A stretch of DNA of 63,956 nt, counting the filler, from Octopus bimaculoides (taxonomy: Eukaryota), in assembly GCF_001194135.2 (NCBI RefSeq). It is 4 parts of 4 records of this genome, joined end to end, with 100 filler letters (N's around TTAATTAATTAA, not from the genome) between each part and the next. Parts side by side here need not be neighbours in the genome. Positions count along the whole stretch, not along the records: positions 37,379 to 57,237 come from NC_069002.1; positions 57,338 to 63,956 come from NW_026401245.1; 2 more parts are not named here. The stretch is one strand, 5' to 3'. Under the pieces are notes generated by a model. The model did no database searches. It had not been told where the DNA came from and saw nothing but the letters and a program-made list of their open reading frames with translations. Made by a program: the position numbers and the translations under genes. How positions within the stretch are numbered: position 1 is the first letter of the stretch; each line of letters starts with the position of its first letter. Shown piece by piece: positions 52,848-63,956 of the stretch.

Positions 52848-53185
52848 CTTTCTTACTTAAGGCGCAATGCATGAAATTTTGAGAGAGGGGACCAGTCGAG
52901 TAGAACGACTCCAGTACGCAACTGGTTCCTAATTTATCGACTCCGAAAGGATGAAAGGCACAAAATTGACCACGGCGGAATTTGAACTCAGAACGTAGTA
53001 GAGTCAGACGAAATACTGTTAAGCGTCTCGACCGGCGTGCTAACGATTCTGTCAGCTCGCCGTCTTAACAAAAACAAAAACAACAACAACAATAATCCTT
53101 TCTACTTAAGGTATAAGACCTGACATTTTTATGGGGAGGGGTCTAGTCGATTACGTCGACCCCAGTGTTTCACTGGTACCTAATC
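52845..53185 (-). mobile_element. Family C full copy plus a tail fragment
   Basis: Reverse-complement homology, (AAT)n and (AAC)n tails. Confidence 0.85.
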
Positions 53186-53599
53186 TTTATTCTCATTATT
53201 TGTAGTTTATGGACACTCCTCTGTACTCTAAAATATTACGTTATATATTAAATATACAATAACCCCAATCACAAAAATGAGTTTCATAAAGAGGACATCA
53301 TTTTGTATCTTTGATAAATTAAAAACAATATTGAAAGTAAGTGTCAGGATTCATTTACAGTTCATTTTACAACTCGTTCGTCATTCGTTTCTAACGCTCG
53401 GGACAAGACAATTTCATTCGTTATTCTCCGGGCTGTAACCATTCGTGCAACTGGATCCAACAACTTTTAGGGCCTGTTGCTGTCTGTACCTTTGCTCATT
53501 TCCCTTCTTTATTTCCCTTTGCAATTCTTCTGTTCAGAATGTCCTCAAATGACCAACTGCTACACATTTCCTGTCCTGCGCCGTGATTATTGTCTCTTT

Positions 53600-53800
53600 T
53601 CATTCTGCACCCAAAATAGGGGTAAATTTCTGAAAGAGACACTTCTCACCTCGCTACCGGAAGCCAGTCAATATTTTGCCAACGTCAACATAAATATAAT
53701 AGTATATAGGCGTGGCCCAAATGATGCATCGTAACATAGTATGGGGAACCCGTTTATAAACAAGTGTGTATTGCTCTAATACTGCTTACTTTGTTACCTT
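53600..53800. promoter_or_regulatory. Possible promoter or first-exon region
   Basis: Non-repeat, CpG-retaining stretch with an ETS-type CCGGAAG (53657-63) and a strong minus-strand donor GAG|GTGAGA at about 53649. Confidence 0.25.
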
Positions 53801-54699
53801 ATCCTTAGTTTTGAAGCCCAGAGACACACTCCTATATTACTAGACGTATCAGTTCTATATGCTTCACTCAGAGTTTCATAACTTGTTCTTTCGAGAGCAA
53901 TTGGGAAACTCTCCCCGCTCTGCGAAACGAAGCTACGTCTTTTCCTTCCTGATGGATAAATTTCGGATGCAAGAACATACTTTAATGACATACCACTTTC
54001 TAGCAACTTATGGATATCTAAACTTCTCTTAGATTAGTATCACTAGCGAAAACAAAATGTGTGTTGCTGATTTTGTTTATGACGTGTAAATTTGTATTTT
54101 CTGATGTGAATTTAGTGTACTTGTGGTTGCTTTATTTTCATTTTCCGCTTGTTTTTTTTTTCTTTCAGCATTCTGTTTTTAAATTAGTTTTCGCATTTTC
54201 AGAGTCCATTTATTTTGAGGAGGCGTATCCAGTTTGTGCTGCTATTCTTGTAAGTATCTCACTCCCATTATTCTAGTAGTAGTAGAAGAAGCCATATTGC
54301 ACAGTTCGTAATGAAAAGAAAAGAAAACGGTTAAAATAAAACAATATCTAAAAAAAACGGGTCTTCTGTTTATCTCAGATATCGGGATGTTTCGAAGGTT
54401 CTTGTTTGCAAAAATATTTTGTAAAAATTTATCCAGTAAAAAATTGGTAATAATCTAATATTCTGCTAGTAGTTTCTATTGGTGTGTGTATGCTTCTAAA
54501 CGCAAAATACAACAACATCAACATCAACAACAACTGCAACACTAATAATGATAATAATGATGACGACGATGATGATGATCATGATGATTATGATATGATA
54601 AAAGCAAGAACAATAAGAATTAGTAATGTAAATTTCCAGGATAATACAAATATAATAATACAAAAGATATTGAAAACAAATATATAACGTATGACAGCA

Positions 54700-54905
54700 A
54701 ATAATGGTTTCCAGTTTTGGCACAAGGCCAGCAATTTCGGGCGAGAAGGTAACCCCTGCGTTCAACTGATGCTTATTTTGTCGACACCATGAAGATGAAA
54801 GGCAAAGTCGACCTCGACGGCATTTGAACCCAGAACGTAAATATGGGCGAAAGGCCGCTAAGCATTTTGCCCGGCGTGTTAACGATTCGGCCAGCTGGCT
54901 GCCTT
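54700..54905 (-). mobile_element. SINE family C
   Basis: Reverse-complement homology. Confidence 0.8.
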
Positions 54906-54925
54906 TATACCAAGAAATAATGATA

Positions 54926-55282
54926 TTTACTTCCACCTTAGCGAAGGCGGAGGTATTGTTTTCAGTCGTGTTTGTTGTTTGTGTGTTTGTCCGTGGACAA
55001 GATATCTCAAGAACGGCTGGATGGATTCATATGAAACTCTCACGGACTTTTGGCCTTGTGAGATCGATCCGGTACCGGACAAGGATTCTAGATTATTTTT
55101 CCTGCTTTTTTTTTGTTACTAAATTTTTGAGAGCGGTCGGGTTCATTTTTAATATTCTCGGTTGTGAGAGCAGTCGTGTTTAGTTCAGATGTTCTCATTT
55201 TAAAAATCATCTCTGGCTAATCGTTGAGAGGACGTTGGTGTTGCCTTGACGGAGTTTTGCACTCTCTGAGTGCTATTCTTGT
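54926..55282 (+). mobile_element. Second HINE-like copy
   Basis: Reverse-complement homologue of 35975-36343. 3' hairpin GCACTC-TCT-GAGTGC at 55259-73, ending in a T-rich site. Confidence 0.75.
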
Positions 55283-55319
55283 TTTTTTCTTTCACTTTGC
55301 CTTCACGAAGCACTATATA

Positions 55320-55520
55320 CTGGTACGAGGCCAGCAGTTTTAAGGAAAGGTATGAGTCCATCACATACACCCCAGTGCTTCACTGGTGATTATTTTTTCG
55401 ATTCTGAAATGAAGAAAAAGCAACGTGGACCATAACGGAAATCGAACTCAGAAAGTTAAGGTAGATGAAATACTGCTAAGTACATTGTTTGGCATGCTGG
55501 CAATCCTGCTAGCATGCAGG
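55320..55520 (-). mobile_element. SINE family C, old
   Basis: Diverged reverse-complement homology. Confidence 0.6.
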
Positions 55521-55617
55521 CTTTATAATAATAATGATGATGATGATGATATCCACAACATCAACAATTATAATAAAACTCATGGCTTTGTGCCTAGAGT
55601 ATAAATAATAATAAAAC

Positions 55618-55628
55618 TAGTAGTAGTC

Positions 55629-55676
<48 letters not shown>

Positions 55677-55677
55677 A

Positions 55678-55727
<50 letters not shown>
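55618..55727. repeat. (TAG)n microsatellite
   Basis: Direct reading. Confidence 0.95.
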
Positions 55728-56404
55728 AAAGAATGCAACCAAAGACCTCCTAAATATATTGCGGAAAAGAGAAAATAACAATGTAAACAGAATGAAATAG
55801 ATTGAGCAATAAACAAACATCAAAAAAAAAAATGTTAGGGAAACAGTTTAGCTGAAGAGCAACTTGAATATTCATGATGTTTGAATTGCTGAAGATTTTG
55901 ACTGAAGAACGTGACACGATGACATGAAATAGTTCTCCGAATCACGTTAATGTTTTCATAAGAAATAAGGATGACAGTTTATTGTCTTTACGATCTGAGT
56001 TCAAATTTTGTCGAAGTCGGCTTTTCTTTTCATCCTTTCGGGCCGTTAATCTGCATAATAGATGCGACAGGATAGTCATCCAAGATTGTGGCGATCGATA
56101 ACCAAATCTAGGGTAAGCGTTTGTTAGCCGACATCATCCGTAGACGAGTCAATTTCTAAGAAATTAATCCCATTAGATTTCAATTGGACTATTTATTATT
56201 GCTGCCGGGAGCTGGCGCCCCAATCGTCGTAAAGTCGGTCGGTCGTAAGGCAACAACGACCTCTATATATACATCCAAACACATACAATAGCACCCCGCC
56301 CCACACACATGCATACACATATACACTTACACACACGAACAGACATGCATACATGCTCACACACAAACACACTCACTCACACATACGGGTACATACACAC
56401 ATAA

Positions 56405-56560
56405 TCGATGGACTTCTTTCAATTTCCGTTCTACAAAATCTATTCGTAAGGATTTGGTGGGCTCTGGGCCATAGAAGAAGTGACTTGCCTAATGTTCCCT
56501 GAAGCGGAGAACCGAACCCGAAACCACATGGTACAGAAGTAAACTTATTCACCACACAGT
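56405..56560 (-). mobile_element. SINE family B 5' half, diverged
   Basis: Reverse-complement head homology. Confidence 0.65.
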
Positions 56561-57167
56561 CCTTTATCTTGTATATCACCGACATAAAGTTCAATATATA
56601 TTATTGTACTGGACATCACGTTATGAAGTGCTTTTTCACTTCAATGAAGTAAAATCACGTCTGTGTGAAATATCCATTACCTAACTATACACACACACTC
56701 ACACACATACAAAAACACACACATATATATATTCACTTATATATTCTAACACACACACACATATATATATATAGATAGATAGATATGTGTATGAGAATAT
56801 ATAAATATTACGTATGCGTTTGTGTTAGTGATTATGTTTTTGTGTGTATATACGTATATATGCACATACTTACCTGCCAAGATAAATACATTCATAAATG
56901 TATACACATGTATACACATGTATACACAAGTATACACATGTATACACATATGCAGACGGAATAGAAATGTTTGTATGAATCATCCATAAAAAAGAATGAA
57001 CAATTTGACCTTTGTAAATCTGTGAGGTTCCGTCAGACACTGATCAAAATTATTGACTCCAGAGTGGAAAAGATATATAGAATGTGTCTGTAGCATTTAT
57101 GACTCTGCCAAATATATTAGCTCTGTGTGAAAGTGGGGATTATTACGTCCACACTTAATATACACCC

Positions 57168-57229
<62 letters not shown>

Positions 57230-57337
57230 ATATATATNNNNNNNNNNNNNNNNNNNNNNNNNNNNNNNNNNNNNNNNNNNNTTAATTAATTAANNNNNNN
57301 NNNNNNNNNNNNNNNNNNNNNNNNNNNNNNNNNNNNN

Positions 57338-57376
<39 letters not shown>

Positions 57377-57597
57377 TATATGAGTATGTGTGTGTATAAA
57401 TGTAATGCACACACAAAATTGAAGAACAAGAAGAGGAAGCTTGTGAAAGTCTACAGAATATGTAGTAACCAATGGTAACCAAATGGTGTTGGTAGTGGTA
57501 GTGGTGGTGGTGAAGATTAGCAATCAGACACACATACAATATTCTGCTTGATATTTATGTGTGTGTGTATGTATGGGTGTGAGTGCATGTACACGTA

Positions 57598-57638
<41 letters not shown>

Positions 57639-57776
57639 GTGCATACATGCACACACACACACAGGTAGATAGATATAAGAAACAGGTGTAAAAATGAAAA
57701 GCATTTAAGGTTTAGCGTTACCCAACCCACACCCTACCCATCACACTCTTTTTTTTCGTCTTCTTCCTTCTTTTCA

Positions 57777-57809
<33 letters not shown>

Positions 57810-57901
57810 CTTCCCAAAAAGGAGGTGCATGCATGCATGAATGAACAAAGAGTGCCAGGAGTTTTCATGTAGAAATAAAAGTGTGATGGAAGAGTTCAAA
57901 A

Positions 57902-57953
<52 letters not shown>

Positions 57954-58991
57954 GACATAAAAAAAAACAAAAAAAACAACATTGCGGAAAACATCCGAAA
58001 ATAATACGGAATAAACCAAAAACAATGAAGACAAAATCGACGCCTTTGTGGAGATAATTTTTCTGTGTGTGTGTGTATGTGGGTGGGTGTCTTTCTATGA
58101 GTTGGATCCATTCATGTTCAATGTCTNNNNNNNNNNNNNNNNNNNNNNNNNNNNNNNNNNNNNNNNNNNNNNNNNNNNNNNNNNNNNNNNNNNNNNNNNN
58201 NNNNNNNNNNNNNNNNNNNNNNNNNNNNNNNNNNNNNNNNNNNNNNNNNNNNNNNNNNNNNNNNNNNNNNNNNNNNNNNNNNNNNNNNNNNNNNNNNNNN
58301 NNNNNNNNNNNNNNNNNNNNNNNNNNNNNNNNNNNNNNNNNNNNNNNNNNNNNNNNNNNNNNNNNNNNNNNNNNNNNNNNNNNNNNNNNNNNNNNNNNNN
58401 NNNNNNNNNNNNNNNNNNNNNNNNNNNNNNNNNNNNNNNNNNNNNNNNNNNNNNNNNNNNNNNNNNNNNNNNNNNNNNNNNNNNNNNNNNNNNNNNNNNN
58501 NNNNNNNNNNNNNNNNNNNNNNNNNNNNNNNNNNNNNNNNNNNNNNNNNNNNNNNNNNNNNNNNNNNNNNNNNNNNNNNNNNNNNNNNNNNNNNNNNNNN
58601 NNNNNNNNNNNNNNNNNNNNNNNNNNNNNNNNNNNNNNNNNNNNNNNNNNNNNNNNNNNNNNNATACATATATATATATATATATTTGTGTGTGTGTGTG
58701 TGTGTGTGTGTGTAGAAAGAGAAAGAGTAAGAGATGGGGGGAAAGGGGGAGAGGAAAGATTAAAGAAGAAAGAGGTGGGAGTGGGGGGGGGAGAAAAGGG
58801 GGGTGGTAAAAGAGTGAAAGAAACTGGTTATAAAAATATAGAATTGTCGATTGTGTAGCTTAGACATTTTACACACACACTTATACACACACACGTGTGC
58901 ATGTGTGTGTGCATATATGTATATATACACACACACACACATATATATATATAGGGAGAGAGAGAGAGAGAGAGAGAGAAAGGAATATGCA

Positions 58992-59022
<31 letters not shown>

Positions 59023-59647
59023 GCATGTTTACATATGTATTTCTGTATATTTTATATAGACACAAACAAATGCATACACAAACGCCCATATATTTATATT
59101 CTACACACGTAAATACAAGTGTATATATATGAGTGTGTGTGTGTGTGTGTGTGTATCCACATACACTTATATGTGCATACCTGCTTGCACATGTAACTGC
59201 ATATTCAGCAACACATATATACACACACATATATACACACATATATACACACACATATATATATGCAGGTACATGCAGGGGAGTGCAATTTCAGCAATAC
59301 ACTGGGGCACCGACATGCACGCACACAAAACATATGCAGTGTTCTCGTGCAGAAGTATGCGCAGCCGTGTATATATATATATATATGTAATCACCTCTAC
59401 CGTGTGTGTGTGTGGGGGGCAGGGATTGTGTGTGAGTGTGTGTGTGTGTGAGCGAGAGCGTGTGTATGTACGTGTGCATATACATTTCCATAGGTAAGTC
59501 TGTATTGATAGATACATGCATGTATATACGTATACATACATGCACTCACTCACAGCATCAATGTATGCATATACGCAGATCCACAGCAGGCATGGGGGGC
59601 CCTCCTCTCGTGTGTAAAAAGGTAACAAATCCAAATTTCAATGAAAT

Positions 59648-60588
59648 TCAAAACTCCCATGTATCATCTTGGATAGCAGTTAGATTTTTCTGAATTTTCT
59701 CAATACTAGCGAATCGATCAAACTCATCCCAGTTTTCATCAGCAGACGAGATACGTTTTTGGAGTTTTTGTATTTTGCTGGCTCGGTCAGAAAACGCAGA
59801 CTGCTCGAATTCCTCGTCGGCGTCGAGCTCTTCTATGTCCCGGTTGGAAACGGTGTCGGCGCTCGGCTTCTTCTCGCTCTTGAAGCTTTCATGGTTCTGT
59901 GTCTTGTCCAGTTGGGTTCCTTCGAAGACCCACTGCGGGTTGGCGCGCTTCCGCTTGTTCACGACGGACGTGTTGGAGGTCGGCTGCAAGCCACCGCCGC
60001 TGCTCCCACCACCACCACCACCACCACCACCACCGCCTCCACTGTTGCTGTTGTTCAGCTTGGAGGCTGGAGGTTTACTGGCAGCAGAGTTCTGGTTTTG
60101 GCAGGATTCGTCGTTCCCTTTCTCTTTCACTCCGCCGCTCAACTCTTCGGCCTCGACTGAATTCTCCGAAGACAGCTTCATCTGAATGGGTTCGAATTTC
60201 GGGAAGATCCACTGACCTCCGTCGCTGCTGCTCCGCTCTGGAGTCGTCTCGGAAATGATCGAGCTTTCACTGTGGTTCGAACTATCCTCATTTGGTTCGG
60301 TTTTCACGCTAAACGAACCATCAGGCTGTGAGTTTGAATTACTGTTCGCAGGATGCTGTTGCTGTTTGGCGCGCATACGATGATTATGAAACCAATTAAT
60401 GACAGTTTTGACGCCAACATTCAGCTCGTTAGCCAAAACTTCTATGGTGTTTTGATTGGGGTACGGATCTTGCGCATACGCCTGACGTAGAATCTCCTTT
60501 TGCTCTTCTGTAAAGAATATGCGTGGACGTTTCGGTGCACTCGGTGTATCAAAGCACCGGTCATCAATGCTGCTTCTGCGTCTTCTTG
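59648..60588 (-). CDS. cut: Terminal coding exon of a Cut/CUX-type CUT-class homeobox transcription factor (homeodomain plus C-terminal tail); upstream exons were not found in the window
   Basis: Translation contains KRPRIFFTEEQKEILRQAYAQDPYPNQNTIEVLANELNVGVKTVINWFHNHRMR. WFHNHRMR (His at homeodomain position 50) is the Cut/CUX signature, and the protein ends WEF* like vertebrate CUX1/2. Strong acceptor ttttcttttacag at 60589-60590 (phase 1); TGA at 59648-59650. The ORF-track start at 60631 is intronic. Confidence 0.95.
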
Positions 60589-61126
60589 CTGTAAAAGAAA
60601 ACGAAAAAAGAAAAGAAAAGAAAATTAACAAATTAGAAAGACACAGACAGATGCAGTTTATGACATGGAGTAGTAACTTTCAAATCAAAGAAATGAAATA
60701 TAAAATTTAACCCTTTAGCATTCAGATTACTGACAAATGCAATCCGTATTTATTCGCATTTTACAAAAAATTAATCAGGAATTATCGCATAGATGTGAGA
60801 GATATCGATATGTTTATTTTTAGACTGACATTGTAGGGTATGTGTGAGAGGTTGGACCTGGTCAGTTTGAAAGTAAAAACGGATAGACTTTTTGGGTTTG
60901 ATATGACTGATTTAAATGCTAAAGGATTAATGTCATATAATATAATAAAGTACGAAATGTAAGAGTACAATATGAAATAATAATATGTATCAAAGAATGA
61001 TATGCTAGCATAACAATATAACAAAAATACAAAATTAAATATCATATGCAGTAAAGAACAATATATCTAACAATGTCGTGAAAATGTAATACAAAGTATA
61101 ATGGTCAACTGTTTATATTATAGGAG

Positions 61127-61320
61127 TGGTGTCCTCCATCTTGCTTGTTGGCCATCACTACATTTCATCTGTTGTATGCTCCAGCCATCTTCAGGTGTCT
61201 TGCGTTGAACTCGGTTCAATTCCCATACAACAATTCAGTTCAACATAAGACACCTGAAGATGGCTGGAGCATACAACAGTTGAAATGTAGTGAAGGCCAA
61301 CAAGCAACATGGGGACACCA
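61127..61320. mobile_element. Foldback element made of two inverted, decayed hammerhead-bearing units (Penelope pLTR-like)
   Basis: Arms of about 85 bp (61127-61211 and 61237-61320). Each arm reads CAC-CTGAAGA-TGGCTG..CAG(T/A)T-GAAA-TGTA-GTG. Confidence 0.7.
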
Positions 61321-61629
61321 GTCTGATTGACAGAAACAAACATCATACATGAAATAAATTTCTCATCTCACAAACACAGAAAAAACATATTGGGTTGTCA
61401 AATGAATTCGCTTGTTTTTCTTCTTCCTTTTTTTTTTTGTTCCNNNNNNNNNNNNNNNNNNNNCCCCCCCCCCCCCCACCTCACTTATTTCAATGCTATT
61501 TGAATTAAAAGCAAAATATTTTTATTGTGGTATTTTATGTTCGCAACATAAAAATTTATAAACTTTTGAGAAAATGACAAAGAATTTCTGGGTTTTTTTT
61601 TCCAACGGTGGATCTGGAAGCACAAAGGC

Positions 61630-61915
61630 TGCCTCACTGTCGGTTCTGATGACGATAAGGGTTCCAGTTGATCCGATCAACTGAACAACATGCTCATGGA
61701 AATAACGTGCAAGTGGCTGTGTGCTCCACACACAGACATGCGTAATGCAAATTCGCAGGGAGATTCAGTGAAACGCAGAATGTAGCAAGGCCGATCCTTT
61801 GAAATACAGGTTGAACTCATTTTTGCCAGCTGAGTGGACTGGAGCAACATGAAATGAAGTGTCTTGGCCAAGGACACAATGTGCTGGCAGGAATTGAACT
61901 CACGACCTTATGGGC
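61630..61915 (-). mobile_element. CORE-like SINE carrying the same tail as 15112-15501
   Basis: B box GTTCAATTCC, CORE-like GTCCTTGGCCAAGACACTT, then the shared tail. Confidence 0.7.
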
Positions 61916-62042
61916 ATGAAATAATGGCAAGTAAAACCCCTTCATATAGAAACATTTGAGAGCTGCCTGTAACATCTTGTTTTTTTTTTAATTTTGGTAG
62001 TTCTGTTCTTCCACAACTTTTGTTAATTATTTTTGAAATAGG

Positions 62043-62390
62043 CGCAGGAGTGGCTGTGTGGTAAGTAGCTTGCTTACCAACCACATGGTTCCGGGTTCAG
62101 TCCCCCTGCGTGGCACTTTGGGCAAGTGTCTTCTACTATAGCCTCGGGCTGACCAAAGCCTTGTGAATGGATTTGGTAGACGGAAACTGAAAGAAGCCCG
62201 TCGTATATATATATATGTATGTATGCATGTGTATATGTTTGTCCCCCCAACATCGCTTGACAACCGATGCTTGTGTGCTTATGTCCCCGTAACTTAGCGG
62301 TTCGGTAAAAGAGACCGACAGAATAGCTCGACTAAAGGCGGTGCTCCAGCATGGCCGCAGTCAAAAATGACTGAAACAAGTAAAAGTGTG
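62043..62390 (+). mobile_element. SINE family B, young near-full-length copy in the cut intron
   Basis: GGCGCAGGAGTGGCTGTGTGGTAAGTAGC..GAAACAAGTAAAAG. Confidence 0.9.
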
Positions 62391-62889
62391 AATTAAACTT
62401 CTTTTCAGGCAAATAGTGGAATGCTGAGCAGAAAAAAAAAACAAAGAAGTACAGAAAAAAAAAAAAAATTCATCTGACAGCCCGATGCAATCCGGTGAAG
62501 TACAATATGTCTAACATAACAATATATATATATGAAACAATATAACAGCATGTTGAAATTGTATTAAACATCTGTTTTGCCATCTATGCAGCAATGGAAC
62601 ATGAGAAAGGAGAAATGCGATGGCGGAACAGCAGAGCAGAAACGCTATATAGTATAACATCGATATAGGTTTATATATTATTATATGATATAATATGGAA
62701 CAATAATAGGTTATGACTTGATGTTATCACAACAGAGAGCAATCAGAACAGAAACTGAAAGACGGGAAGGACGATGCTAAAATATAAGAATGACAGAGAA
62801 TAACATTGGGTAATAACATCGCAGAGTAATGACATCTGTTCACAAGAAACTGGAGTAATGACAACATGGTGTAATGATGGCTAACTGAA

Positions 62890-63120
62890 TTAGGGCACAA
62901 GACCAGCAATTTCGAAGGGGATGGGGTGGGGTAATTGATATCGTTGGCCCCCCCCCCCAAGTACTTGACAGGTACTTTAGTATTTCATTGTATCAAACTT
63001 GGAGGGTGGGGGGCGGCAAAGTTTTGCTGGACTGCTAGATTATGGAGATGTAAACAAACCAACACTGGATGTCAAGCAGCGGGGGTGGGCGACAAACACA
63101 GAGAGAAAGACACACATTCA
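62890..63120 (-). mobile_element. Family C tail fragment joined to a family B tail fragment
   Basis: GGCACAAGACCAGCAATTTCG.. then GATGTAAACAAACC..GTCAAGC. Confidence 0.6.
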
Positions 63121-63145
63121 CATCTCTCTCTCTCTCTCCGCCTGC

Positions 63146-63182
<37 letters not shown>

Positions 63183-63720
63183 TATCTATCATAAGATTGA
63201 CCAGACTATTGCATGTTGTTGAATATCACTGGTCACAATGCGCTTAGCATTGTTTTAGCGTTTGAATGGCAGACGTGAGTAAGCCGCATTCGCCCCCCCC
63301 CTCCACGCCCCCCGATTGGAAGGGTATATTCCGTTACAGAGTGACCCATTGTTTTAATCTGACCCCAGTCAGATTGTGTTATCCCTTCTATGTTCGGACC
63401 CTTGTGGGTAATAAAGAGATGTTTTTGAATATATTTACGCTTGAACTATGAACAATATGAACATGCTTCCAACCATTATGCACGAATACAAACAATTTAC
63501 CAATGGACCAATATATGGATGTAAAATTTTCATACCAGCGTCACGGATTTAGAATTTTTTACTAACTCACCAACCTCAAAAAAAACTTTTTCACCAATTC
63601 ACCAACTTCAAGGAAAGTAATTTTAAATATATTACCTTCTTATATATTTTTTATTTTTATAGACTATATTATTATTATTATTTTTTAAAAATTATACATA
63701 CAAATACATATCATAAAAAT

Positions 63721-63820
63721 AATTACATCTCTGATGAGCGGAAATATTACCTCTCTATAATAATCCATTTAGGATATTATTACAGCAACAATATTTTCGC
63801 GAAACGATCGTAAGATAATT
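63721..63820 (+). ncRNA. Type I hammerhead ribozyme motif, intact core
   Basis: Stem I ATCT(63727-30)/AGAT(63813-16); CTGATGA 63731-37; 11-bp stem II GCGGAAATATT/AATATTTTCGC; GAAA 63801-04; palindromic stem III ACGATCGT; GTA cleavage triplet 63810-12. Confidence 0.85.
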
Positions 63821-63956
63821 TTAGATTGCCAACATACACGTATATGCACTTACACATACATATTTTGATATTTAAACTTATATTTATTATTATAACAATG
63901 TGTGTTCGTGTATATATGTATAACAATGTGTGTGTGTCTGTGTGTATATATAAATA

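Noticed and set aside
55845-55950. Three CTGAAGA motifs resembling hammerhead cores
   Set aside because: No convincing stem I or III and no correctly placed GAAA/NUH.
4-59693. Hundreds of ORFs rich in YI/CV/HT/RE or X
   Set aside because: They are translations of (TA)n, (TG)n, (CA)n and (GA)n microsatellites or of N gaps.
59759-60258. Three plus-strand ORFs overlapping the cut exon
   Set aside because: Antisense shadows of a GC-rich coding exon; no recognisable protein.
60360-60540. Assignment of the homeodomain to Onecut or another class
   Set aside because: Onecut has FFMNARRR; WFHNHRMR with DPYPN and the WEF terminus fit Cut/CUX.

Overview
Repeat-saturated, AT-rich animal genomic scaffold with about 7 kb of N gaps. 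The tRNA-derived SINE families and microsatellite load suggest an octopus; this is an inference, not tested. Only one protein-coding segment is well supported: the 941-nt terminal exon (minus strand, 60588-59648) of a cut/CUX CUT-class homeobox gene, containing the homeodomain and ending in WEF*. The rest is mostly SINEs, microsatellites and mobile-element relics: two maT-like mariner remnants, a Penelope-like RT fragment, a Dong/R4-like LINE 3' end sitting in (TAA)n, two Helentron-type HINEs, two hAT MITEs and four long foldback elements. The most interesting signal, invisible to the ORF track, is a set of type I hammerhead ribozyme motifs. Two have complete cores with palindromic stem III (63721-63820 plus; 9462-9531 minus) and further copies are decayed, consistent with a Penelope/retrozyme-like system. 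Almost all listed ORFs are microsatellite or gap artefacts. SINE family letters A, B and C are my own labels, and most SINE boundaries are approximate.
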